Source of the DNA: Raillietiella orientalis
Taxonomy: Eukaryota
DNA: 64,000 nt
Reading direction: 5' to 3'
NCBI GenBank assembly: GCA_036172245.1
Contig: JAYWIR010000004.1
Coordinates: 4,154,001 to 4,218,000 of the forward strand
This document shows positions 24,481-38,000 of this stretch, one piece after another (position 1 is the stretch's first letter; every line of letters starts with the position of its first letter). The notes beneath the pieces are model-generated. The model worked only from the letters and a program-made list of their open reading frames with translations, was not told where the DNA came from and did not search any database. The translations under genes and the position numbers were made by a program.

Positions 24481-25109
24481 CGCACTTTGCCATAGAACGG
24501 GGTGTCCTTAAACGGGAAAAGAAAAGGAAAGAGGTGGAGCCCAAGGGCAGGTCGGTTGTTTTTGCAATGGATCTGGGTAGGCTGAACGTTCGGAGAGAGA
24601 ATGGAAACAAATAACAAAACAGATCAGCGCCTGGAGCGGAAGTGTAGCCATGGAAGAGGTGAGACGACGGCCACCATTCCCAAGGAGTGCAACAGCAGCC
24701 ACAAGTAGCAGAGAGAGGGAAGCAAAAAAGGACGATTCCCTCAACATTGGTGTGACGCTCCTGGAGCGCAGTGTAGTTCTGCGAGAAGCGGAAGCAGACG
24801 AGACGAGAGGTTGGGAAGTGGGCGTGGAAGATGAATAAAACCGAACTTTGCTGGCGACAGGCAGGTAAATCCTAGGAACGAAGACGGCGGATGTGAGATC
24901 CCGAGAGGGTAGTTTCGCAGGAAGGTCCAAATCCGAGAACAGCGACAACGAATTGGCAGTTGCCAGGGGGTGGGCGGCAACGTAGAAGTTGCGGGATATC
25001 GCCGCATCCATCCTCTCCCCCACCCCATCCTGTCACACTTCTCTTCTTCCCACTTCTCCACCTCCTAAAGTCTCCTCCTTTGTCTCATGTTTGCGGTGTC
25101 TATCCTTAG

Positions 25110-25470
25110 CCTCCAGGCATCGGATGATCAAAGCATTTTAGCGCTTGCAGCCATGCCTGCTTTCTCCTAGAAAACTTTCGATATGGAGGGAAGATCCTCG
25201 AAACATCCGGCGGATATCGTAAATCCAGAATGTTCTTGGGAAGCTCTCTTATTTCCGAGGGAGCATCTTCTGTGATTTGACCGGATGCGGAGGCCAAAGG
25301 AAGGCCCCTGGATTTTGCATCGACGGAGGCAAGGATTTTTCTCACCTCTCGTCTCCAGCCGCTGCTCCAGGTTTTGTGTCTTTCGTTCTGGGAACAACAA
25401 GACTGGGAGAAACGATGTGCCTGAGACACGATGCTCGCTACACGGGAAGGAGATGAACGATGCATTCTGG
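25110..25470 (-). mobile_element. Degenerate LINE RT N-terminal fragment
   Basis: REVRKILASVDAKSRG..EDAPSEIRELPKNILD (~EVxKxLxxLDxxKxxGPD..LKExAxEIxxPLxxIFN). Confidence 0.45.
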
Positions 25471-27599
25471 GATTCAGGAGACGAGTCAGGAAGGCGATTC
25501 ATAAAATTTCTGGAGATGCCCGAGGTTCGACGGGAGAGAAGGGAGAACCCTACGAAAGTCAAAGGAGAAGATGACACCAGAGATTATCTTGGTGGATAGA
25601 GAAGGAGAACCTTTCTTCCTGCAGGACCTCGAACATTTCCCTTCAGAAAGAGTAGATCTTATGATTCGAAGACGAAGCTGACCGAAAGAAAGATGCCAGA
25701 GAAGTCTAGGAGACTGCAGCATTTTTTTCCCAGCAGATGTGCAATCGGAATTATCGCCGTGGACGCGCGCGAGATGTCTCTTTCGCTTTACTCATTCCTC
25801 TTCTCGCATCCTTGCGGCACTCCAGGACGAGAGCGCAATTTCTGATCTTCTAGGTTTTACGCACTGCGGCGAACATCCCAGGTCCTCCCATCCGAGATTA
25901 CGGCGAGATCCACCACCACTCGATGCGTGGATCGCAATGGGCTTCCGGGCGTCCTTGTTTGTTCTTGGATCTTGGAGAAGCGCACCCGTCCCAGCGATAC
26001 GCCTCTCTTTGCTTCGCCTCTCCAAGACTTGGTGTCGTTCGAACGGGCAGCACTCACAGGGACCTCTGCAAGAAACAGGACGCGCGGATCCTGTGTCATC
26101 GTCCCTAGCCGCAGGGGCATCCTCTTCTGCTCGTGGGCAAAGTGCTGCTTTGAAGCTGACCTTCGCATCCTGACGACTACGCGAAGGATCCAACTATCCT
26201 ACTCTCAGCTGAAGGATCGGGTAGCGCAGAGTTTGGATTCGCTGCATTCATCATCCAGGAGGCACTCCAGTCGGGAAACTCCCCGACTTGATCTCGCGTG
26301 TCCTCTCCGAGCTCCGAGTGAGGCCGCGTCCTCCAGATGTCCTCATCATCTCAAAATTCGGCTATTGCGACCACTCTTTTCTCAGGGTCTACTCCGCGCT
26401 GCGACCGAGGATCGTATCTGCCTGCACGTGCCCTCCACCTGCGGAGCAGAGCCCTCCTATTCCCGAAATTTCCGCAAAACGAACCAGGAAACCGGAAAGG
26501 AAGTGTTGCTTTGGAGGAATCCCAAAGATGGAAGCCGATTCACCAGAAAGAAAAAAAAAAAAAAAACGGAGAGAGGGAATACGAAATTTCCCGGGATTCC
26601 CTTCAGAGACTAGTCAAAACTGGAAGAGAGTTCCAGATGAACGAGCAGCCGTCAGCTGCAGCAGCAACAACACGTCACTCTCGTCCCCTATGACACGAGG
26701 AACTCCTTCTTGCGGGCATAAGATGATCGAGCTGGAAGGACGAGGGGCACTGTGACGCAGCCAAGAAAGTCTGGCGGAAAGTCGCACCTTTGCCGGTGAG
26801 CAGCGAACGACTCCACCAATGAGCAGCAGAAGAGGTCGTAAGTTTCTCGGCAAGTAGACTGAGACTTCGTGCTTCTAGACACCAATCGGCCGGAACTCCG
26901 GGTCGCATCGATCGTCGTTCCCATGCTGGACAGCGCGGGGTACGGCCGCGCGGTCACTCGGAACCTCTGACAACTTCGATAGCGAGCATGCACACTCGGA
27001 TCCAAACCCTTACCCTTTCCGTCGGCGGATGCACCCATCCTCGAAAATGGGGAAACGGGGGAGGAGCGACGAAGTCGTCCGCTCGGTGGTTGAGCGCACG
27101 TTTAGAGCTCCTGAGACGAGCGCTCAGGGAGAATTCGCTGCCCCCAGTGGAGGGGCGGAAGGGAAGACGCTGCTTCCGTTAATGAGCGGACGTCGGGCAA
27201 AGTCGGGAGGAGGACAAGAGAGCGTCATCTGCCACTACCGCGACATCCGGCAAATCTCACGAGAGCGCCCACGAGATTTAACTGACACTGCTTGGAAATT
27301 GGGAGAGGGAGGGAGAAGGAAAAGAAAAAGCGAGCGAGGGCAGGGAAAGAGTCCGGAGCGTACGGAGAGGAGAGCAGTCCACTATGCCCGGAAGTGTTTT
27401 TCGAAGACCCGCCTCAGCTGGAGATACTCTCTGCCCATGCACCATCTCAGGAGAGGCTTCGTAGACGCAGCTAAAGAGGATGCAGGAGCGAATCGCAGTT
27501 GTGCCTTGGGAAAGGACGAGCCGCTCTGCCTCTTCGGAGCTGCTGGTCGCAACTGGACACGGTGGACGGCAGTGGCGAGACCACGGAGAGCACCATCTT

Positions 27600-29400
27600 T
27601 TGGAGCAGCAAGGGATGCACCGACCCATGCAGAGAGGTCGTCGGATGGAAAGATCGGAAATGTCCACTTCTACCCGGTTGCGACGAACCTGAGGGGTATT
27701 CCGACTTCTTTCGCAGCTCCCTCGACACTGTCCGACGGAACGGGGTGCTTGAGTGATCGGTTCCCTGCTAACCCGCGACAGGTGCTCAAGAGAGGAGGTT
27801 GCTTGCTCGAGTTTCATTGTCGAGAGGAACAAACAATTTGCCGTGTTTTGGTGTTTTGACTACGCAGGTCTGTGTTTGGTTCTTTGGAGGGAGTGCTGAC
27901 CGGTGCGTCCAGTAGATGCACCAGCTGTGTTTTATGCTACACGGTACCATCATCTTGCTGATTCTACAGGACCATAAACTGAAACGTCTTCTAGTTGTCT
28001 CTAGCACTCTATCTGCAGCATCTATTGGAACCACAGGGTGGGACATCTTCGCTATGAAGGAGCGGTTGCGGAAAAAGAGCTTGTACCAACTGATGGGAAC
28101 AAAGGATTTTTGGAAATGGTCTGATAAACTCATACGGATGGACTCGTATCACAATTCAGGTGGTGCTCGAACGACGGCTCTCAGACTACCAACGCCTATT
28201 CTCTGTCGCTGGACGAGTGTCTAGATCGAGAGAATGGACAGGACACGAGGATGCTAAAGAGTGTGAATGGATATTCATTTGTGCTTCCTTCATTTGTGCA
28301 ATCCTTTTGCTTACTTGCAAAGAGGGGCTGACCCTCACAAAGAGAAACGTGGGAATTGATTTTTGGTTTCCTGAGAGTGAAAGGGAAAGAGCGTGGTTGT
28401 CCAGACAACTATTCTTATGCAAAATGCAACCCGACTTAGGGCTCCAGGATAACAGGGAAGCAGCAGTAGTGGAGGTCTGCTGTCCCTGCGAATCTTCTAC
28501 CGAAAAACTGGAGGAGGCAAGGCGGAATCAGGAAGACAAGCGTAGAGGAATGGATACTCCACAAGAGCCGTTGCCTAGAGTCTCTGAGATCTTGGTATCC
28601 GGCGAACGGCGAAGTTATCGGAAAACCAAAGATTTCTTAAAGGTGGGCAGACCTCGTCGGTGGGAAACGGTGCTCCCAGGAGCACTACTGGAAGCTCAGG
28701 TTGGGATGCCAGGAGGGGTAAAGGAGCTTCCAGACGTGAATGTCTTTTGCGGATGGCATTGCGTTTTGTAGCTTCCGCTTGCCCTGGGCAGCGCTCACCA
28801 GCTTGCCCCTGGGCGCTCTGGTCTCGTTTTGCCCCATCTCTCGTCTCCAAGTAGGGATCGCAGGAAAAGGACCTTTGCTGGGTTGATCAGTTCACCGCCG
28901 TGTGGCAGAAGAAGAGCAGACGAGGGGTTCCCTGAAATCCGCGAAGGCTGCGCCATCTAGAGATGCAGCCCAAGGAAGGACCGATCTCAGCTTAAAGGTT
29001 GATGTGATGCCTCCAAGGAAAAAAGGGTGGCAGGCAACATTCTTGAAGAGTTCCATCAAGAGAGACAGGTAGCGCCGAAACCATCCTCAGTCTAGGACCC
29101 CGTTTGCCTCCCAGTCAGGCGGTTCCGAAACCATGGAACGCTTTATCCTAGTCCCATCAGGTGCATTCCGGGAAACCGAGAGGGTGCCGCATCCGGAGAG
29201 GAAGCGAAAGCTCGGAAGCAGGAAGGATCGTTTCTTGAGGACGCAAAACGGGGAAAACAGGAGGTGCAAGAACAAAGGAAACTTCTCCTTGCCTCCCCTT
29301 CGTTGCTGTGGTAACTCCGAGGATGAGGATCAACGCAGCGGAAATGACCTAGAGCTCTTGGATGCGAGACTTCCCTGCGCCGCAGCCAGAAGCGTTCTGG
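27600..29400 (+). mobile_element. Degenerate LINE RT to 3' end
   Basis: HFYPVATN (~NYRPISLT), RLSDYQRLFSVAGRVSRSREW (~FLSxRxQxVxVxGxxS), KDFLKVGRPRRW (~KDLGV..LxW). Confidence 0.4.
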
Positions 29401-29951
29401 ATTCGTGGAAAGAGGAGTGAAGAGAAAAGCAAGAGAGACAGGAACCGTTCCGGGAGGAAAATTCCAGAGGGAAGAGAGCGAAGGGGGAAGGGGAAGGGGG
29501 AAAAAGAGGCAGAGAATGAGGATGGAGTTTCCTGCAGAAGGAGAATGGAGCTCTGGATGAATTTCTCGTCTCATGGTCCTTCCTCTCCGAAGCCAGAGAT
29601 GCTGTTGCATTGTCACCTCAACCGCATCCAATTCGCTCCCGAGATCTACACAATGGGAGCAAAAGGGGAAAGGTCGTAACGTGAAGGGAGATGGGAAGAG
29701 CACGGAAGGGAGACGGGACGGATCAATAGGGGGCACAGGCAGAGCACTCGTAGAGGAAGCGAAGGATTCCTCCGCTCGCCTCGCTTGGAAACGAGGCGGA
29801 GGGCGTAATTTTCTGCCGGCGGAACGGGAGGAGAAGATTCTCGGATCTCATCCGAGAAACGCGAATTCCCTAAGAGCGAGTCCTTCACCCCTGCAAGCGG
29901 GCAGAGGAGCTGCGGACGAGAAGGGGAGAAAAACGGACGGATCTTCCTCAC

Positions 29952-30913
29952 CTGAGATGGTTCTTGGGGATCTGCTTCATGTCCTTGTACGTAAGGAGCA
30001 GCCTCGCGAAATCGCCGCGGACGTCGCACTCGACCTTCCATGAGTGCTTCTCGACGTCCGCAAAGCTCCCCACCAGCAGGTCGTTCTCGTGCACCAGGTT
30101 GACTTCCGTTATGGTCCACGTCTGAGCCATCTCTAGGCGTATCCTCAGGATGCCGTCCTCGAGAGCAGCGGCCATGTTCCACCTGTCAGTCCGGAAGCGC
30201 ACCCTCCCTTCCGAGTTCGACACTTCGTCGATCCATCCCGTGTCCAGCTCGGCGGGCTTCTTCCCCAGATTCATCCTGCATCTGACTCTGCACAGGGTGT
30301 CCGCAGCCGTGAGCTTCTGGAGCAGGAGGGAGGCAGCAGCCTTCGAGTCGTCCCCGGAAGGCAGGACAGCGACGTTCCACACGTAACCGCCGTAACTGAA
30401 GGGCGTCGTTTCCAGCTTCCCCTGTTGCTGGCAGGGAGAAGTCGGGCTGTTTCCCAAGGCCTGCGGCACTGGCAGGTCGTGCTCGTACACAGTTTGGATG
30501 CTGCTCAGAGACACTTCGAGCTGGCACTCCCCGTTGACGTTCCCGTACTCTTCTTGGCTCAGCTCTTCCACGGAAATGAAGTTCTTCTTACCTTGGATGG
30601 GGAAGCCGTTCGTGAAGCTGATCTGGTTGCCGGAGAAGTTCTTGCTCTTGATGAAGCACTGCGAGTTCAGGAGGCTGAATGTGAAATCCGCCTTCACGGT
30701 GACCTCCGGAGAACAGTTCCTCCAAACAAGGTACACTCCCAAGAAGCCGTCGATGAACGTAAACGTCATCGACCATCTGTGGCATCCGCACGAGAAATCC
30801 TTCGTGGACATGTCACGGTTCATGTCCCTGGTCACAGATTTCGTGACGATGAACGTGAAAACTTTTGTATGCTTCTTGTCATTTGAATCGTAGTAGCGGT
30901 ACAGCAGGGCCAT
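29952..30913 (-). CDS. Coding exon 1 of tandem MATH/TRAF-like domain protein (uncharacterised invertebrate family)
   Basis: Starts MALLYRYYDSNDKKHTKVFTFIVTKSVTRD; MATH-like motifs FSCGCHRWSMTF..FLGVYLVWRN..DFTFSLLN, ETTPFSYGGYVWNVAVLP and HSWKVECD..ARLLLTYKD. Strong GC3 bias. Acceptor tttttcctcctcag 8 nt before the ATG; ends CTC AG|GTGAGG (phase 2). 962 nt. Family assignment is from recall, not a search. Confidence 0.9.
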
Positions 30914-31599
30914 CACCACCACTGAGGAGGAAAAAATAACGCGGGAGCTCTTATCTGAAACGGAAAGAGGCAAAGAAAAGATGGCACACGTTTGTTCGTG
31001 TGTGGCATTGAGTGGAAGCGTCGCTGTGACCTGACCTCGTCCTAAGGAGAGGGAAACGCGCCGCAATGCCCTACTCATGCTGCCCGTCCGAAAGCACACA
31101 GGCGGCGTTCAAGGAGGCGCGCCGGAGATCTTATTAGAGCTCGCATTTCGCGACTGAGGAGTCTGTAGCTCTTGCTATGAAGAAAGGGAGGTTCCCACCA
31201 TCTTTATCACCCTCCTTTTCTCTCCAACTCTCCCCCGCGATTCCAGAATATTCTTCCATCATGGGAGGGTACTCGCCAGATGTTGCCAGCATACATCCCG
31301 GGAACACTGGGTGACCGAGCACGCCATCCCTTCCCTGGCGTGTTCCACCTCAGCTTCCCAGGATGCTGCAATTCCTTGAACACTTCATCATCCCCCAATC
31401 ATCAAGTCCCCGGAGATACTGCTACGATTGCTTTTAAGGCAGCGGACGCTCCTATGGAGACGGAGTAGGGGGAACCTCAGTACTGCTCTCCTTCCTCTAT
31501 CCCTTTTCTCGTCCAGGACCATTGGCGAATGCTTGTGGGGGTAAGCGGCGTCTAGCAATACTGTCTTCCCTACTCAAAGAGAAGGGGAAAAGGTCAATT

Positions 31600-32480
31600 T
31601 CCCTCCTCCTCGGGGCACTAGATTTGGTTTTCGATCTGCATCTGTTCCTTGAATAGTTTGGTTGAGGTCTGTCGACTCCCAGTGCCTCCGAAGATTCGGG
31701 ATTTCCCCGAGAAACTAAATCCACGCTCAAAGGTTGTTTGCAGGGGACCTCCGGGATCTCATTGGGGTGTCTGCCGCTGCCGTTAAGAGCTGCGCAGGAG
31801 GCGGTGGTTCCAGGCGCTCTCGTGCTCGAGTCCTTCCGCGCGCACAGTCGCGACCATCCTTCCGCTTGACTCGAACTCGAGGGAGGAAGCCCCCGTCTTC
31901 CGACAGAGGAATGTCAGAGGACAGGAACGGCTCGGCTGTGGGGTGAGGGCTCGACTCTTCGGCATCCCATCAATTTTCAGGGCCTACTGCTTCGGCAGGT
32001 GAACCGTCGTGCACTTCTCAGTGCATGCCGGCCTCCATGGTTGCCACTGTTCTGTTTTTTCTTATTTTTTTTTCCCCAATAGCATTGTTGTCTGGCGCAT
32101 TAGAACGGCTCATTAGAATCCCTGCCATCTGAAACGTCGTAGGGTCCCTAGAATCACGGGGCTCTGCACACGGCGACGTCTCAAGACGATTGGAGATCCC
32201 CAAGTGGTAGGTGGAGCACCTCAGAAGGGGGAGATATGTGTGCCTCGACATGAGTGGCTTCAGAAAAATGTGTCGGAAGCACGGGTTGAATCCTCAGGAC
32301 CAATAAAGATGCCCTCGTAAGACCACAGCCTCGGTGGAGGATGAGATTCAGAGGATCACAAAAGGAAGAAGATGGTGAAGAATACTCTGGTTGCTGATCG
32401 GGGACTCCTGAGCATCATTTGTAAACACAAGCGTGACCTCCCTCCCTCGTGCTGCTAGTGCGCTTTCGAATAGGCAGCAT
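31600..32480 (-). mobile_element. Degenerate LINE RT fragment
   Basis: ACVYK..HLLP (~PVYK..ISLL), PLLRCSTYHLGISNRL (~LLxKLxxxGIxG), ALGVD. Confidence 0.35.
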
Positions 32481-34719
32481 ACGCTTCCCTTTTCTTAGGT
32501 AAAGATCAGGTCGCAACGCGACTCATGTCGTCCATTTGAAAGCACACAGGCAGGGCTCAGGAGGGTGTACCGAAGAAAAGAGGAAGAGTATTGTAACCGC
32601 AAGGTTCCTCTTTCGCTCTCGGGGACCCACGCGTCACTAGAATTCCAGGTTCCCGCGAACGAAGCCGACCTGCAAGAGCGGGAGATCGCTCGACCGTGTA
32701 CAAACCAGCTTGATGGTTTTCGTCCAGCATCCAGCACACTCGGGACACCCACTGGACGTCGCACCGGCTACACATCCTCCTCCAACCGACTGAGCTAAGA
32801 ACGCGAAACGGCACACACCTTGTCCGCGGAAAGCGAAGGACTTCTCCCGTCTGGTTCGCTGCGGCTTCCGGAACGCTCGTTTTCCTATTTTTCCGCGTGG
32901 CGGCAGTCGCGTCGACTTTTTCTGAAGAGCGCTCCGAGAGAGAAACTGTCCAGCGCGGGACCCAAGCAAGAGAAAAGGGAAACAAGAAGTGCAGCTGACG
33001 AGCGATGCACTCGGAGGAACTGCTTCACAGGGATCGGTGGCCAGAAAAGCGGAAGAGATGCTCCCATCTCTTCCGCTGCTGAACAACCAGCAAATGCATA
33101 CCGTTCTTTGAAAATTCTGGATGAATTTGGGTCTTGGAAACTACAGCAAAATTTCAAGCCGAATTTCGTCTTCCCGCTTCCCAGCGGGAAGCATAGGAAC
33201 CCGAACCTGCCCTTCTCCTAGTGGCGTCCCGGAGAGATGCTGCCTTGCTTTATCCATCCCGAATTCCCGAAAATGCGTGCAGAGGTTCCGGAGAGTGATC
33301 CCTACCTCGGGAGACCCGAGTCCACTGAAGCATCCAGGAAGGACTGGGTCGGAAAGAGGGTGGGGCGCATTCTCAGATAGTGCATCCTTCCGTGAACCCA
33401 GACTGTCCCAATGACCCTTCCATAGTACAGATCTTCGTTTTCAAAGGTCAGAGTGTCAGAAGAGATGCGCGCTTCAACACACGCGGCTCCAGGAAAAAAT
33501 GTGTTTGAATCACAGGTGGAGTCCCCAGAAGAGATGAAGATACCCTCTTGAGACCGCGGTCTCAGGTGGAGGGGTAAGGTACAAAGGGCGTCAACAGAGG
33601 AAGGATCGAGATGTCAGGACTTCGAAGGCTCATTTTTTCTGAAGCCACGGAGAAAGATCCGCTTGCCGAAGGGAGGATCATGGATGCTTTTTCCATGAGA
33701 GATCGGTGAACAATCAGTGGGATGTAGAAATGGAAGCTCCCGAAACTCCGCGGTTTGCTGGAGGACCCTCCTCTCTGCGTGCAGAAAATCGGGAAGGGAA
33801 TGACGGTCTTTGTTTCGCGGCTGCTCCCTTCCTTGCAGTCACCCATGGCGGCTAAGCGAAAGCGAGAGGTAGGCAAGGCCGGTGCCGCGTTTCCAGGCAG
33901 CTCCGCCCCCTCGCGTGGGAGGGGCGCAGCCGCTCACAGGCGAAAGGCCGAAATTTCAGGATGCTCCCCTCTCCTGGCTCTTCGAAAGATCGAAGTCGGA
34001 TGGAGAAGCGTTTTTCGCTCGGGCGATTCGCAGGAATGTCCCCCTCCCCCGTCCTCCTCCTTCCTTCCCCTTCCGCTCCCTCCGGAGCCGCCGTTGCACT
34101 TTCCCTTTCCTCCTAGATGCGTGGGTTTTCGAATCCGGCAGAGTGCAGTAGACGAGGCCCACGTGCGTTTTCTTCTGCGTGCGTGGGAGGAGACACCCCA
34201 TCCTGCTGCAACGGTTTTCGTTCCCCCTTTTTGCGCGAGTCGGTCTTCCTCCTCCTGAGCGAGCCGAAATCCCGAGAAGATAAAGACGTAAATGCGTCGA
34301 AAGCTGCGGACAGAATCCTCTCTGGTTCGAAGTTCGGGACACTTGAGCCTCGGATTTATCTTTGGGTCTCCTTCGAAAGCGCAGAGCGAATCCCCGCAAA
34401 ACAGGAACAAAACAGAACAGGAAAGAAAAAAAATGATTTATGGTTGCCCGGGGAGCATTAAGCGATTGAACTTCTGCAACGGATTCTTCTCCTTTTTGAG
34501 TAAATGCGGGCGATCTGTGCATGTAGCACAATCTCATTACAGATGATGGCAGAGGAAGGAGCCAGCTGGATTTGGCGCTACCACTCCGATGCGGAGGAAG
34601 GAGACAGAAACTTCAGGGGAGGGGAGCGTCGCGAAAGTCTTCGGCTTTCGCTCGCTGTAGGTCCGCGTTGGGAGATCCGGCGCGAGCGAGGGTAACTGAA
34701 AAAGTTTCATCCATCCATC

Positions 34720-37700
34720 ACGCGAGCTTCTCCCATTCTCGAATGAGGACAGCATCGAACGGTGGCAGCAATTTTCCTCCCAGAGATGCTGCAGATCTTC
34801 CCGCCTTCCATCTGTACGTGGACCTTCGGGCCTCCATGGACGAGGATGCCGGGCAGGTGCTGCGAAATGGTCTCAAAGATTTACTTCGTTTCCTTTCCGG
34901 TGTCTCCTGTCGGGCTGCGTGCTGAGTTCGCAGTCGACCAGCCTCCTCTCGGGTCGTCCGTGGTATCCATGGTTTGCACACGTTGAGTGCGAGAAGTTGC
35001 GGGCACTTCTGCGAAGGACCACGTCTGCGAAGCGATCGACGTGATTATCCTCGAGTTCTTGCGCTGCGTCTGTGCACTCGTCAGAACTTTGCTGCTTCCG
35101 GTGCACTCGAAGAGTTCGCGCTGCTAAACCAGAATGCCTGCTTTTGCGACGGCGGGATCAGCAACGGATCTGAAGTGCCTGTGAGATGACAGTGGCAACA
35201 TCCAACCATTCAAGGGGATCCCGACTTTCAGGTGACCGCAGAGGTTCTTGCGTGAATCGACTTGGACTGACCCGGAGGGTGCAAGAATGCAGACCGCTTA
35301 ACCGAACGCAGTTTTCCGTCACATCCGGCTGCACGCGTGAGTGTGCGACGGATAGACAGAGCGATTTGCCTTCCTCAGTCTCGCTCACTACGCCATGTGT
35401 CTGAAGATGCGTCAGAGATGCTGGGAAATTGAAAAGGGAACGGGTTCCGATCGTCGCTTTCAGTACGCGGGATACTTTCTCAAACATGGCGGGTGCATAG
35501 GATAAAACCGAATTGACGAAGAGATGATTTTGTTCCACCATTTGAGCAGAAGTGGCTTATCTTCGAAAGCTGTAGTTTCATGACAATGACGAAGCGCAAA
35601 ATCTTTTTTATTCCAAACTTTAGGGCATCGGTCAGAGAGAGAGAGAGAAACTCCAAGTGAACCTCATTAAACCTTGCTTTCAGATTAGAAGACACTAATC
35701 ACAGCTGCCTGCAATGAATGATGCCGTTGGTTGCGTAATGAAATCAAGATCCCATGCTAGTGTTAATTTCAGATGAATGAGCTTTCCAATAGCTCCAGAG
35801 AAATTCCCATGGTGACTGATTTATCGGATAGAAATCCAACGTTTCCCATTCATTTGCCATCATGCTCTGCGTCATGCTAAACGTAAAGCTCATTGGCTCA
35901 TGACAGTTAGGATTCAATGATACATTTTTTGTGAAATACGTTCCAGGGAACGTTGATCAGTTTTACACATATCAGCGCCTCCATATGTGTTTCGTAATTA
36001 TAAACAAAAATTCGTAGGAACCAGAGAAGCAGGTACTGCGAGATTGCAAAGTCATTCAAAGTAAAGACTAAGAATTCCAGAATCACTTCCCAGAGTACCT
36101 TTCAAATGCCAAGAATTGCTTGGAAATCGACAATCTGTCAGGAATCTTTAATTAGGAAGAGGGAAGGAAAAGCACTGCTGAGCTATACAAAACAGCATCA
36201 CCATTACTGCCTGGAAGCTTCCGGAGAGAAAAATAGGGAATTTAGAATGAGATTGCCGGACTTGTGGGAGAGATGAGAAGTGCAGAAGGATTGTTCAGCG
36301 CCTCTTCAAAAACATCTTCGATCGAATCCCAATCCAACAGCTGGTTTGGCACCAGGAGAAATCGAGACATCTTGTAGAATCTCTTGAAATGCTCTCGAGA
36401 AGATGTATCCCTCATTAATCGAACCAACACGTCCATCGAGTGGTGCCCGAAGTGATGTGTTCCTTAATTTCGAGTATGCGGAGAAGGCAAAGTTGCAGTA
36501 AGCCTCTACGAGAAATCAAGTTTCATCTAGAGTTTAGGGTACTCCAGATTTCTGCATGCACCCTCATCAAACAGATCAAACAGGTTATATCGTCTTCAAG
36601 ATTTTCTGATGACCCACCTGGCAGCTGTAATCGCAGCTTTCTGACTCGATGGAACTCCCTCTAAATGTAGTGGGCGTAGTTGAAAGACGTACTACACTGA
36701 ACCTAAGGGTTTCTTTCCGTAGTTCCGTGTGAATAAGCCCGAATCCACAGGATCAAGAAGTAGGTTTACTTGAGACAAAAATTCTGCATCTGAAGGGCAA
36801 CCTCGCTGCTGGTCATATTTCATCCCAGATTCCCTCTTCTCATCTGATTTTTCTTGTTTTTCGGAATCTTATCTGTTGATGAGTACTTTCTATGAGCTCT
36901 TAAGATGACCGAACGCAAACTCAGTTGTAAGAGCTCAAGTCTTTTTCGATCAGTTTGCACCAAATCTTATGAGCACAATGACATGAATTCAGTGCTGCCA
37001 CTTCATGAAACGGCTTGCATGATTTCACGCTTGAAGACCCGTTCTCTTGTCCATTATTCTATTCAAATCTTAAAATATACTTAGCGCACTGATTACTGCT
37101 GGATCTTCCTGAGCTCTGGTGGAACACACGCACACTAATGGTTTCTTTTTTAAGGTTACCAAAGCTGCTTTCTTATCATTTAAAAGCAGCTGTCTCTGGA
37201 TCCCATAAAAGAGAAGCAAAGTTTTTTTTTTTTTTTGAAGGCAACAGCAAAAAAAAAAAAAGTGGATGAAAGCAAGATAAACACAACTGAAAAGAATGAA
37301 ATAAGGAAATTAAAAACGCACACTGCAACCGGAACTTGGGAAGATTACCAGAAGAACACTATTAAAAGACGTCGTCATCATCACTATTACCAATATTATC
37401 AGTATCTCTCTTCTGATAAAGCTGGGTTCTTCCACTTGTATAGTTTGAGAAACGTGAACATCGCTCTTGCCGATGATAGCCGGCAAATGTGGAATAAAAC
37501 CCCCATTTTGGATTAGGAAGTGATTTGGGCAATGGTAGAAGGGAAGGATTTCTTATCCCCCATATCCGATGCCCCTTTTCCTCAGCTTGCTGCATGCACG
37601 AAGTCATGCTTCGAGAGTTCTTCGATTCCTCGCGCTGGAACCCAAGACGATGAGTGAGACCTTCGGTTAGCATCTTCCACCCGGTACTGAAAAATCGTTT

Positions 37701-38000
37701 CTTAGAAACTGAGCCTTTCAGCTCCATCCTGCTCGCTTTCCAAGCAGATTTTATCCCCAAAACAATTTCCTTGGTTGCTTGAAAAGTCCGACCGAGGATC
37801 AGTGATGAAGTATGCGTTCTGCGGGTCTGAATCCTCTGAACAGAAATCCTCAGGTAGCACGAACACAGTCGTACGATCCACTGCAGTCACGCGTGCTTTC
37901 GGGGTCCTTCGAAAGGGAGAACCAACTGTTTCTCTCGAAGGGAGGAGACATGGTGTGGCTTTCTCTTTGCATGCACTGACGTTTCACCGAATGTCAGTCC
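34720..38000 (-). mobile_element. Degenerate LINE with ORF1-like remnant (about 37.5-37.9 kb) and ORF2 3' region (34.7-35.6 kb)
   Basis: VFVLPED..ED and ELKG..TEGLT (ORF1-like); DVVLRRSARNF (~ExVQRRAARF), ERRLVDC, LIREWEKL (~IxxWNxL). Confidence 0.45.

Noticed and set aside
23246..28771. Several 200-310-aa ORFs in the central GC-rich block
   Set aside because: No coherent domains or codon bias; they overlap LINE remnants and are expected by chance at high GC.
30914..31099. N-terminal extension of the 383-aa ORF upstream of MALLY
   Set aside because: Non-ATG start, crosses a clear splice acceptor and lacks the exon's codon bias; it is intronic read-through.
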